A stretch of 64,000 bases of DNA from assembly GCA_963716725.1 (NCBI GenBank), contig CAVQUB010000015.1, positions 224,001 to 288,000 on the forward strand, given 5' to 3'. The DNA comes from an uncultured delta proteobacterium (GTDB lineage: Bacteria; Myxococcota_A; Polyangia; Polyangiales; Polyangiaceae). Below, one piece after another: positions 21,601-29,223 of the stretch; the first letter of the stretch is position 1, and the number at the start of each line of letters is the position of its first letter. Under the pieces are notes generated by a model that saw nothing but the letters and a program-made list of their open reading frames with translations, had not been told where the DNA came from and did not search any database. The position numbers were made by a program, and so were the translations under genes.

Positions 21601-21969
21601 CTGGCGTTCGAGTCGATGGACGCTTCGCTCTGCGTGGAGGCGCTCGGTCCGAATCTGGAGCTCCCGTGGTGGCATCTGCGGTTTCTCGCAGCTCGCGCTG
21701 ACTGTTTGGAGAAAGCGGGCCACCCCCAGGCAGCTCGCGCGCGAGCCGAGGTCGCCGAGTGGGTGGGCAACTCGCAGGGCGAGGTCGGTGCCGGGCTCAC
21801 GCTTCCCGCTCCGTCCGTCTCGGCGGGACCCGCGGTCGAGTCCTTCGATGGTGGTGCATTGGACCTGTCGCACGAAGACGAGCCGACGGCGGTGGATGGT
21901 GGAGCCGATGCGCCGGACGCGGTTCCCAACGCAACGGATGCTGCGCTCGATTCGCCCGATGGCAGATGA
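18643..21969 (+). CDS. Fused multi-TM (MFS-like) / spermidine-synthase-like SAM-binding protein
   Basis: Duplicated TM repeats (FGSGLAALVYQ..W.R, LYASNTAGA, YAFNTAGS), VLGLGTGMTA, AELEPAIV, GDGREYL, YDLLVSEPSNP. Confidence 0.88.
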   Translation: MRATTPRVAMFLFGSGLAALVYQTAWERMLRLVFGASTAASSAVLAIFLGGLGLGGVWLGKRAEAASRPLLFYANLEIGVALFAAVTPFLVELAARIYWGLGGVGALGAGGATLVRLLLSAVVLGPAVVLMGGTLPAAARAVERDDDVARGQLATLYASNTAGAVIGALLGTFVLFELFGMRLALWVAVLLNLLVAMLARYHGSRLDPIPSSAAAPSAESEPSADEPGRVVSGAVYAAAAVVGFAFLGLEIVWYRMLGPILGGSSFTFGLILAVALTGIGIGSFLYTRRKPSQPATLSLLAWTVALEAGCALFPLALGDGVGLYAAYTRPMANLGFSALVVSWITIASVVVLPAAIVAGYQFPVLFALLGTGRRRVARQVGLTYAFNTAGSIVGAIAVGFVLMPRIGAVGAWRLLASVLVVLAFSLICLEWWIGRRAGVRRAWPAIVAGLLAATALTADGPTAVTRHTPIGAGRVSIAELDKNQLREWNHRTRLRLLWERDGVESSLAVTHGTGLTFLVSGKADGAVYADRGTQALLGMIPAVLHGDVKSAFVLGLGTGMTAGWLASVPGVERVDVAELEPAIVEVARAASAANQNVLERPNVHVFLGDGREYLLTHERKYDLLVSEPSNPYRAGVASLFTREFYAVAAERLKPNGIFAQWVQGYEIDVQTLRIVLVTLRTVFPVVEAWHTQGGDLLLLASREARVIDVDGLRGRVGTEPFRTVFPRAGLVGDAEGVLARFLASDELVGAIGSASPAPINTDDDNALEYAFARQVGNSLGSISVQLAALTQSRGLARPDVRGTVNWRRVDELRRRGWLVSGGVGAPDLPLPDPAVRARAQAFEAGCGGDLVNAGRLWFSQPDVGTHDVVEKYVVGAIFATRKDDRALVLARELEHEGYVAESHVIRGRYFLAKSMLAEALDALLLAVSELRKSGLPLCHAQIPAIELLPVVVRRDPVAAAKAARALLIGPLAAYNHEERRIGIAQQLAFESMDASLCVEALGPNLELPWWHLRFLAARADCLEKAGHPQAARARAEVAEWVGNSQGEVGAGLTLPAPSVSAGPAVESFDGGALDLSHEDEPTAVDGGADAPDAVPNATDAALDSPDGR

Positions 21970-22043
21970 ACGGCGCCCGTCCGCGCTGGCCGCGCGCGAG
22001 CTGCCCAGGAGCTCTCGTCACGGCTGACGGCCGGAGATGGCCA

Positions 22044-23969
22044 TCATTGAACGCGCGCGCGCAGGTCGCAAGGTGCCGCGGTTCCCTCCGGCGCTGCCTG
22101 GAGTGAGAGCCACCCGTCGGGTCCCGCGCTCGAGCAGCCGATGTCTCCCGCCGAAAACGTCTGCGAATCGTCCATGTCGACGAAGGCTCGGAGCCGAGCC
22201 TTGCCGCAGGGCACGAGCTTCGCTGACACGCGCGCTCGCCCGGAATCGTCGAAGGACGCGGGCGGCAGGGGGGGGTGCGTGTGGATGCGATCGCCCGGGT
22301 CCCAAGCGTGTTCGATGAGCGTCGGCTGACGAGGGCGCCCAGCCGCAGCTAGCGTGATCTCCACAGGACAGCCCTCGAAGCGGAGGATCGCCAGCTTGCC
22401 GGCGCCGTGCATCAGCCGATACCCGAGCGCCAAGAAGGTGTCTCGATCTTCGTTCGCGCCGTGGATCAAGACATCCTCGTAGAGCGAACCGTCCTCGGCG
22501 AGCTGGGTGGTGATGGACCGGCGCTTCTCGGCGTCGAGCCGCGTATCGGGGTTCTCGTACACTTGCCAGAACAGAGCACGCGGAGGCACCGGCGGCAGCC
22601 GCGCTTTCGCGGATTCGCGCACGACGACGGTATGAAGTTGCGGGATCATGGCAAAGGCGTAGGGGACTAGGCCGCCTTGCGCGGCGGCGTAGAGCGCGCC
22701 GAAGTTGGCGGCCGGGCGCACGAAGGGAAACGCCTGGTCGTGCGGGCTTTGGGGGTTGCCCTCGCAGACCGACTGCAGCGCCAGCGGTAGCCGAAAACCA
22801 CGCCCTTGAATCGGGGCGTCCAGTCCGCTCACGAGATCCGCGCACTGACGATGCGACTCGCGGTTGAACCAGGCTGCCCAGGCGATCGCGGCGCCGGAAA
22901 AGAGAGCTACGGCGGCTGAAGGCAGGCGCGGCCAGCGAAGCGCTGCGGCTTCCAGCGGCAACAAGGGAAGCGCGAGCATCACGCCGGGCACCAAGAAACG
23001 GGGCGAGAAGTACTCCCACACGTCCAGATGGATCGGTCCGAATGCTCCGGCAGCCAGTAACATGCAGGCTGTTAGCGCGAGGGCGAGCTCGTTGCGGGAT
23101 GCCGGTCGCCTCGAGTGTCGGGCGAAGAACAGCGCGAGGGCGCCAGCCGCCGTCATCAACGGGATCCAGCCGCGCCAACCCGGTCCTCCGACGAACAGCC
23201 CGCGAAGGAGCTGGAGTCGATCCAAAATCCCCATCGGCGTGTCCTCCGGCTGCGGTCGCAACGGTGCGCTCTCGCCGATGTATCCCGCCGCCCGAGCAGT
23301 GAGCAGCGCGACCGGGATCCCCATGAGGGCCAGCAGGGCAAGCTCCCGCGGCCACTGGCGCGGGCGGTGGCGCACCAGCACGAGCACGACGAGAAAGAGC
23401 GCGCTGACCTGCGCTCCGAACACGTGGACGACGCCCTGAACAGAAATCAACGCGGCGATGCCCAGGCGGTAGCGCCAGTGCCAGAGGTCGCTGCGGATGG
23501 CGAGCGCGGCGCAGCAAAACGTGAGCGACAGCGACAGGACGTACGAGAAGAAGCCCATGTACACGGCCCACTGGAAGGCCGTAGCGAAGCCCACGAGCCC
23601 GAGGATCGTGCGCTCGCGGTTCACCGACCGGACCAGCGCCAAAAACCCCCACGACCACCCGAGCGCCATGATCGCCAGAGTCACCTGCAAGGCTCGGCGC
23701 CAGGGCAGGACCTCGAGCGCGGGTCCGTAGACCAGGGAAAACCCCAGCGCTGTCAGGGCGGTCGTGGGTCGATAGACCTCCGCGTAGAGCGAGCCCGGAT
23801 TGGAGTAGTGCTTGCCGACATGCGCCAGGTACAGGTGTTGCGGGCCGTCGTGGGTCGGCAGGTAGGGGGCCGCGAAGGCAGCGATCACAACGCCCACGGA
23901 TGCCAGGGCTGCGAGAGCCCACACCCAGCGCGGTGTTGGCGCGGACTCGGCCCCGTTGCGGTGACTCAA
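22044..23969 (-). CDS. Polytopic membrane protein, putative GT-C glycosyltransferase
   Basis: PYLPTHDGPQH in the first extracytoplasmic loop, about 10 TM segments, YFSPRF, soluble C-terminal domain. SD GAGGT before TTG. Confidence 0.6.
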   Translation of the reverse strand: MSHRNGAESAPTPRWVWALAALASVGVVIAAFAAPYLPTHDGPQHLYLAHVGKHYSNPGSLYAEVYRPTTALTALGFSLVYGPALEVLPWRRALQVTLAIMALGWSWGFLALVRSVNRERTILGLVGFATAFQWAVYMGFFSYVLSLSLTFCCAALAIRSDLWHWRYRLGIAALISVQGVVHVFGAQVSALFLVVLVLVRHRPRQWPRELALLALMGIPVALLTARAAGYIGESAPLRPQPEDTPMGILDRLQLLRGLFVGGPGWRGWIPLMTAAGALALFFARHSRRPASRNELALALTACMLLAAGAFGPIHLDVWEYFSPRFLVPGVMLALPLLPLEAAALRWPRLPSAAVALFSGAAIAWAAWFNRESHRQCADLVSGLDAPIQGRGFRLPLALQSVCEGNPQSPHDQAFPFVRPAANFGALYAAAQGGLVPYAFAMIPQLHTVVVRESAKARLPPVPPRALFWQVYENPDTRLDAEKRRSITTQLAEDGSLYEDVLIHGANEDRDTFLALGYRLMHGAGKLAILRFEGCPVEITLAAAGRPRQPTLIEHAWDPGDRIHTHPPLPPASFDDSGRARVSAKLVPCGKARLRAFVDMDDSQTFSAGDIGCSSAGPDGWLSLQAAPEGTAAPCDLRARVQ

Positions 23970-24320
23970 GCCACCTCAAGGAAATCGAACCGCCGCCGTC
24001 GACGAGGCGCTGGCGGGAGCTCTGAAGCGGCTGGAGAGATGCGATGAGCACGCCCTGCCCGCCGGAGTAGGGCCCAAATAGCTCCCACGGCGGCCAGCGA
24101 AATGACCAACGTGACGACCGTGCGCTGGGAGCCGAAGGGGGGCAGCACCACGGACCCTACCACGGCCGACCCCAGCACCGCCGCCACGCCGCCGTGGAAG
24201 ACCTCCCGGGGGGTGGCGGGAGAAACAGAGCTGGCCCACCAAGGCTGACGCGCCCGAGAGCAGGAATAGAGCGAGTGGCAGCCACCGGGACAGAGACCGC
24301 CGAGAGTCGAGCGGAGTCAC
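23966..24320 (-). pseudogene. Internally deleted relic of a fused MFS/spermidine-synthase-like gene
   Basis: LFLLSGASALVGQLCFSR matches the family N-terminus. After a frame switch near 24200-24220, AVLGSAVVGSVVLPPFGSQRT matches a much later TM repeat end. Confidence 0.6.
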
Positions 24321-24382
24321 CGGCGCAACGCATGATCAGATCGGACCGAGTGCGCGCCTCGTTTCGGGTTCCGTGAGCGGAT

Positions 24383-26158
24383 CTATGGCGCCCGGAGGCC
24401 AACGCTAGCCGCTGCGGCGTCGAGGAGTGCCCCGGCGGGATGACCTGGCGCCACCTCTGACAGCTTCAATCGAGCCTCACTCAGCGCGAGGGCGTCACGC
24501 TTTGCGAGCGCCCCGCACGCGTCGAGGAAGCGTGCTCGTGGGCTGTTCGGCGCTTGTTGGACCGCGAGGTGGCCGTCGTACGCGAGGCTCTCGGGGAGGA
24601 TGTTGCGGTCGATGGCGGCACTGAGCACTGTCGGCAGCGGAGTCATGTGCCGAAGGACCCGATAGCCGCGCGCACCGAGCTCGGTGTTCGGCCCACTGCG
24701 ACGAACGTAGATCGCGGCCACATCGTCGAGGTAGACCATGGCCCAGTCCTGGCTTGCCGCCAGCGGTACGCCGGATCCCTCGCCCTCCGATGCGCGCGTG
24801 ATGGCCCACTCCAGCTGCAATTCTCCGGCCAGCGCGCCGAACGCCGCGCGGTCTCTCAGGCTGGCGTGGTAGCGGTCCAGGATCCGGGGTTCGTGCACCC
24901 AGCCGCTGCGTCCGTCCATCAATACCAGGTGCGTCGGATGCAGTCGGAGCGCCAAATATCCGCCGAACTCCAGGATGTTCCACATTCGGCCCCGCGGTTC
25001 GTGGTGCTCGATCCACACCGCCGCACGTTCTGGAAAGTGTCGCGGCTCGAACCCCACCCCGAAGCTCGTCGCCGTGCTGAGCGCGAGCAGGGGCGCAGCC
25101 AGGGGCACGGTGGCGGCGGCCAGCAGAGGCAAGCGCGGCGTGGGCACGGCGAGCGCGGCCAGCCGCCGAGCGATGGACGGTGCGATCAGCAACGCGGCGA
25201 TGGGCAACATCCGATATGCGCTCTGACCAAGCGCCAGTGCGCCGACCCACAAGCCAAGCTCGAAGGCATTCGGCCAGCGGCTCCCGCCGGGTTCCCTCCC
25301 GAGCGCTAGCGCGATCGCTCCCAGTCCCAATAGCACCATCAGCGCGGGTTCGTGCCTGGCCAAGACGGACCAGTCGGGCGACTGCCACTCGAGGATGCGC
25401 TGGAAATCGGCACTGGCCCGAAGCGGTCCAGTCCAAAGGCGATATCCCGCGACGTTCAAGCCGCTGCCGGCTGCAGCGCCGACCGCCACAATCCACGGAA
25501 GTGAGAGCTGATCGCCGTCCCGGAGCGGGAGCAGATCTGACAAGCGCCCGGCCGCCAAGCGACACGCCGAGCGGTACGCTGCGTACGCGACCATCATCGC
25601 CACTCCGAGAACGACGAAGCCGTGCAGGTTGGCCCAAATGATCGTGAGCGGTACCAGGCCCCACATGCACTTGCTGCTGCTAGGGCCGCTCGGCGTTCGC
25701 CGGTGCTCCTCGAGCACGAGCAGCACGACGGGAAGCAAAAACAAGGAGAGCGTTGCGGGCCGCACGAGGATCCAGCTGCCGATCGCGACGACCAGCACAG
25801 CCAGAATTGGTAGGGCCATTGGCCCTGCGTCCCGCGCTCGGCGGAGATAAACCAGCAAGATGCCGACGAAGAGCAGTGCTCCGAACAGCTGGAGCGCGAG
25901 TGCGCCCCCCGAGCGGTAAAGCCCCCACAGGGCTGCGTCGCTCAAGAATTCCATGTACCCAATCTGCCGGTGGGTGAACGCCAGCGGGTCGACTCTGGGC
26001 ACGGAACGGGTTTCGAAGAGGTGCCGTCCGAGGGCCAAGTGCCAAGGCAGGTCGAAGTCCGAAAGTCGGATTGAGGACTGAACCCCAGCGACCGCCAAGA
26101 TCCCCGCTCGCAGCACGAGTTCGTGGGCTCGTGATCGTGTTCCCACTAGCGGATTCAC
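24383..26158 (-). CDS. Polytopic membrane protein, putative GT-C glycosyltransferase
   Basis: DFDLPWHLALGR, VDPLAFT, RPATLS, WANLHG, ILEWQSP, FGGYL, MDGR: a motif set typical of a widespread GT-C-like family. Confidence 0.7.
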   Translation of the reverse strand: MNPLVGTRSRAHELVLRAGILAVAGVQSSIRLSDFDLPWHLALGRHLFETRSVPRVDPLAFTHRQIGYMEFLSDAALWGLYRSGGALALQLFGALLFVGILLVYLRRARDAGPMALPILAVLVVAIGSWILVRPATLSLFLLPVVLLVLEEHRRTPSGPSSSKCMWGLVPLTIIWANLHGFVVLGVAMMVAYAAYRSACRLAAGRLSDLLPLRDGDQLSLPWIVAVGAAAGSGLNVAGYRLWTGPLRASADFQRILEWQSPDWSVLARHEPALMVLLGLGAIALALGREPGGSRWPNAFELGLWVGALALGQSAYRMLPIAALLIAPSIARRLAALAVPTPRLPLLAAATVPLAAPLLALSTATSFGVGFEPRHFPERAAVWIEHHEPRGRMWNILEFGGYLALRLHPTHLVLMDGRSGWVHEPRILDRYHASLRDRAAFGALAGELQLEWAITRASEGEGSGVPLAASQDWAMVYLDDVAAIYVRRSGPNTELGARGYRVLRHMTPLPTVLSAAIDRNILPESLAYDGHLAVQQAPNSPRARFLDACGALAKRDALALSEARLKLSEVAPGHPAGALLDAAAASVGLRAP

Positions 26159-26340
26159 CCTCGGATCTCCTCGTCGAGCAAGGAACGCTGGTCGAGCTCC
26201 GAGTTCCGTCGGCGGGTCGCGCTCGGGTGGGTCGGGCGAACGTCGAGTGGGGCAGTCCCGTCCGAGCACGCTCTTGTCAGCACTTGCGCCAGGCAGGCGC
26301 CGTCGAACCACTCGGCGCCGTCCTGGTGGCTCAAGTCACC

Positions 26341-29223
26341 TCAGGGAAACCGAACCGCCGCCGTCGCTGCCCCGCCGGCCGGCACGTTGACCACTCGAGA
26401 TTTGCGCCCGTGCTCGGCGTGCACGAACACGACGGTGTGATTGCCGGCGGACACGCTCAGGCCGACCTTCGGCGTCGAGCCCATGGGCCTGCCGTCGAGG
26501 ATCACGTTCGAGACCGGGATGCTGTTGATGTTGAGGATGCCCGTGCCCGCGGCGGCGACGGGCTTGTCGGGGACGGTGGGCGGCACCTTGCCGACGCCGA
26601 CCGGCGGGGTCGTGCCCGCGGTGGGCGTCTGGCCGCCGGTCGCGACGGGGGCGTCGGGCTTGGGGGCCTTGCCCTTCTCGAACAGGTCGATTGTGAAGGA
26701 TTCTTCAGCCTTTCCATCCTGAAAGCTGATGTCCTTCTTGAAGTCCTCGAAGCCCATCTTCGTCGCGACGATGCTCCAAGGCTTGTCCGTCGTGATGTCG
26801 ATCTTGATCGGGAGCTTGGGGATCGGGCGCCGCTCGCTTCCGCTGACCAGCAGCACGCGCGCGCCCTCCGCCCCGGACCCGCCCTTGATCGTGGCCAGGC
26901 CCTTCACGACCTTGAGCTTCGGCTCGATGCTCTGGACCTGACCCTCTTCGATGTTGATGCGCTTCTCCCAAGCCTCGTAGCGCTCCCCCGCGATCTTGAT
27001 CAGATGCTCGCCGGGTGACATGTCCCGGAGCTCCTGGGGCAGGGGGCCGACCTCTTTGCCGTCGACGAAGAGCTTCACCGCGCCCGCCGTGTCGGCGCTC
27101 ACCTTGACGCCGGTGCCTTCGCTCGCGCGGGACAGGCTGACGTTGAGCACGGCGTCCTCGCCGGTCTCGACCTTCACGCCCTGCTCGGCCGTGGGCTGAA
27201 AGCCCGCCGCCGCGACCTTCACCATGTGGGTGCCCGAGGCCAACTCGGTCACGCGGCAGGGGGACGTATCGCAGCGCTTGTTGCCGTCGACGAAGACCTG
27301 AACGGCATCGACGCTCTTGTTGCCCGGTCCCGCGACGGTCACGACGAGCGTGCCCTTTCGCGGAATGAAGAACACCACCATGGCCGCGACCAGGCCGACG
27401 ACGAGCAGGCCGGCGACTGCGAGCAAGATCATGCGACCCGCGCCGCTCGATGGGGCCTGCGTCGGGTAGGGCGCCGGCATCACCGGGGGCATTTGGGCCG
27501 ACGCCACCGGCATGGAAGCCGGGGTCTGGTGCATTCCCATGCCTGGCATCGAGCCTGGCATCGAGCTCTGCATCGAGCCCGGCATCGAGCCCGGCATCGA
27601 GCCCGGCATCGAGCTGGGACCCCCGGGGCTCGGGAAGCTGGGCGGTGCGGCGATGCCGCCCGAGCTGCCCATCAGCGCGGCTGCTGCGCCCACGCGAACG
27701 GAGGTCGGCGGAGGGAGTCCGGCGCCCGGGATCGGCGGCCCGCTCTTGAGCAGCGCCTGGGACGGGGACTCGTTCGGCTCCTTGTCGAAGACCGCTGTCT
27801 TCTCGTCCTCGTCGTCCCAGTCCATGTCCACGGGCGCAGCGAGCGCGGGCGGCGGCTTCGGCGGAAGCGGGCCTGGTCCAAGCCCCGAGGGCTTCGACAT
27901 GGGCGGCAGGCTCGGCGGCAGGCTCGGCGGCAGGCTCGGCGGAGGAAGCGCGCCGGCGGCTCGGCTCGGCGGCGGCAGGGCGGCGGGGCCCGCCCGCATG
28001 CTCGGGGGCGGAGGGTTCTTCCCCGACTGAGGCGGTGGCGTCGGCGGGGGGAGCCCGAGCAGGGTCTTCTTCAGACCCGGCGGGGGCGTCGGTGCGGGGA
28101 GGGATCGCGGGGCCGGTGTCGACGCCGGGCCAGGGCGGCCGGACTTCTTCGCCAGGCCGTCGAACACGTCCAGATCTGAACCGCCTTTGTCACTCATCCC
28201 GATGATCTCCTGCGGACCAGAGGCCGCTCTCGCTGCCTCCGAAGGGAACATCTGGCGCATCAGTTGGGCCAGCCGGCCTGCGTCGCCCGGCGCCGGGAGG
28301 CTCCGAGCGAGCGCATGCAAATCCGCTTCTAATTCCGACGCGGTAGCGTACCGCTGGTTTGGGTCTTTGGCGAGCGCCTTGAGGACGATGGGGTCGACCG
28401 TTGGGGGCAGCCGGGGGTTCTCGGCCGTGGGGGCCGCTACCCCCCCGGTTCGGATCTTGTTCATCACGACGATCTCGTTTGGCCCGTCGTAGAGGCGCTT
28501 CCCGGTCAGCGCCTCCCAGAGGCAGATCCCGAGCGCGAAGAGGTCGGTGCGCCGGTCGACGTCTTTGCCGCCGACCTGCTCGGGCGACATGTAGCCCACC
28601 TTGCCCTTGATCATGCCCGCCTGGGTGCGGGTGATCTTGCCGGCCGCCTTGGCGATGCCGAAGTCGATGAGCTTCACGCGACCGTCGTAGGAGACCAGGA
28701 TGTTCTGCGGGCTCACGTCCCGGTGAACGATGTGGAGCGGGCGGCCCTGGGCGTCGCGCCGGTCGTGGGCATAGGCGAGGCCTGCGGTGACCCCGGCGAT
28801 GACGAAGAGCGCGAGCTCGACCGGGAGGACCTGGCCGCTGGCAGCGGCGCGGTCGATCAGCGTCCGGAGCGGCTTGCCGTCCACGAACTCGAGAGCGATG
28901 TAGTGACCGCCGTCGACCTGACCCGCGTCCACGGTGCGCGCGATGTTCGGGTGCTCGAGCAGCGTCGCGATCCGAGCCTCGTCGTGGAAGAGCTCGATGA
29001 AATCCTCGTCCTCCGAGACGTTGGGCAGGATGCGCTTGAGCGCGACGACCGCGCCACTTTGGCGGTGGCGGGCCTGAAAGACCTCCGCCATGCCGCCGAC
29101 GCTGATGCGCTGGATGAGCTCGAAGGGGCCGAAGAGCTGCGTCGGAGGCAACGGTTCTCCCACCCGCGAGTCTTGCACAGATGGGCCTGGAGTTTCGAAA
29201 GGATCAGCGTCCGGGCCCCTCAT
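26341..29223 (-). CDS. Hanks-type Ser/Thr protein kinase with Pro-rich linker, TM helix and PEGA domains
   Basis: GGMAEVF, VALKR, HRDVSPQN, DFG, YMSPEQ, DLFALG. TM MILLAVAGLLVVGLVAAMVVFF. PEGA-like LDGRPMGSTP and FVDGKEVG. Confidence 0.93.
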   Translation of the reverse strand: MRGPDADPFETPGPSVQDSRVGEPLPPTQLFGPFELIQRISVGGMAEVFQARHRQSGAVVALKRILPNVSEDEDFIELFHDEARIATLLEHPNIARTVDAGQVDGGHYIALEFVDGKPLRTLIDRAAASGQVLPVELALFVIAGVTAGLAYAHDRRDAQGRPLHIVHRDVSPQNILVSYDGRVKLIDFGIAKAAGKITRTQAGMIKGKVGYMSPEQVGGKDVDRRTDLFALGICLWEALTGKRLYDGPNEIVVMNKIRTGGVAAPTAENPRLPPTVDPIVLKALAKDPNQRYATASELEADLHALARSLPAPGDAGRLAQLMRQMFPSEAARAASGPQEIIGMSDKGGSDLDVFDGLAKKSGRPGPASTPAPRSLPAPTPPPGLKKTLLGLPPPTPPPQSGKNPPPPSMRAGPAALPPPSRAAGALPPPSLPPSLPPSLPPMSKPSGLGPGPLPPKPPPALAAPVDMDWDDEDEKTAVFDKEPNESPSQALLKSGPPIPGAGLPPPTSVRVGAAAALMGSSGGIAAPPSFPSPGGPSSMPGSMPGSMPGSMQSSMPGSMPGMGMHQTPASMPVASAQMPPVMPAPYPTQAPSSGAGRMILLAVAGLLVVGLVAAMVVFFIPRKGTLVVTVAGPGNKSVDAVQVFVDGNKRCDTSPCRVTELASGTHMVKVAAAGFQPTAEQGVKVETGEDAVLNVSLSRASEGTGVKVSADTAGAVKLFVDGKEVGPLPQELRDMSPGEHLIKIAGERYEAWEKRINIEEGQVQSIEPKLKVVKGLATIKGGSGAEGARVLLVSGSERRPIPKLPIKIDITTDKPWSIVATKMGFEDFKKDISFQDGKAEESFTIDLFEKGKAPKPDAPVATGGQTPTAGTTPPVGVGKVPPTVPDKPVAAAGTGILNINSIPVSNVILDGRPMGSTPKVGLSVSAGNHTVVFVHAEHGRKSRVVNVPAGGAATAAVRFP
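27541..27612. repeat. Six tandem 12-bp units (GCCYGGCATCGA) encoding SMPG repeats in the kinase linker
   Basis: Direct reading; one variant unit encodes SMQS. A second 3x12-bp repeat (LPPS) lies at 27902-27937. Confidence 0.9.

Noticed and set aside
27541..27612. CRISPR-like array
   Set aside because: Contiguous 12-bp in-frame coding units with no spacers and no cas genes.
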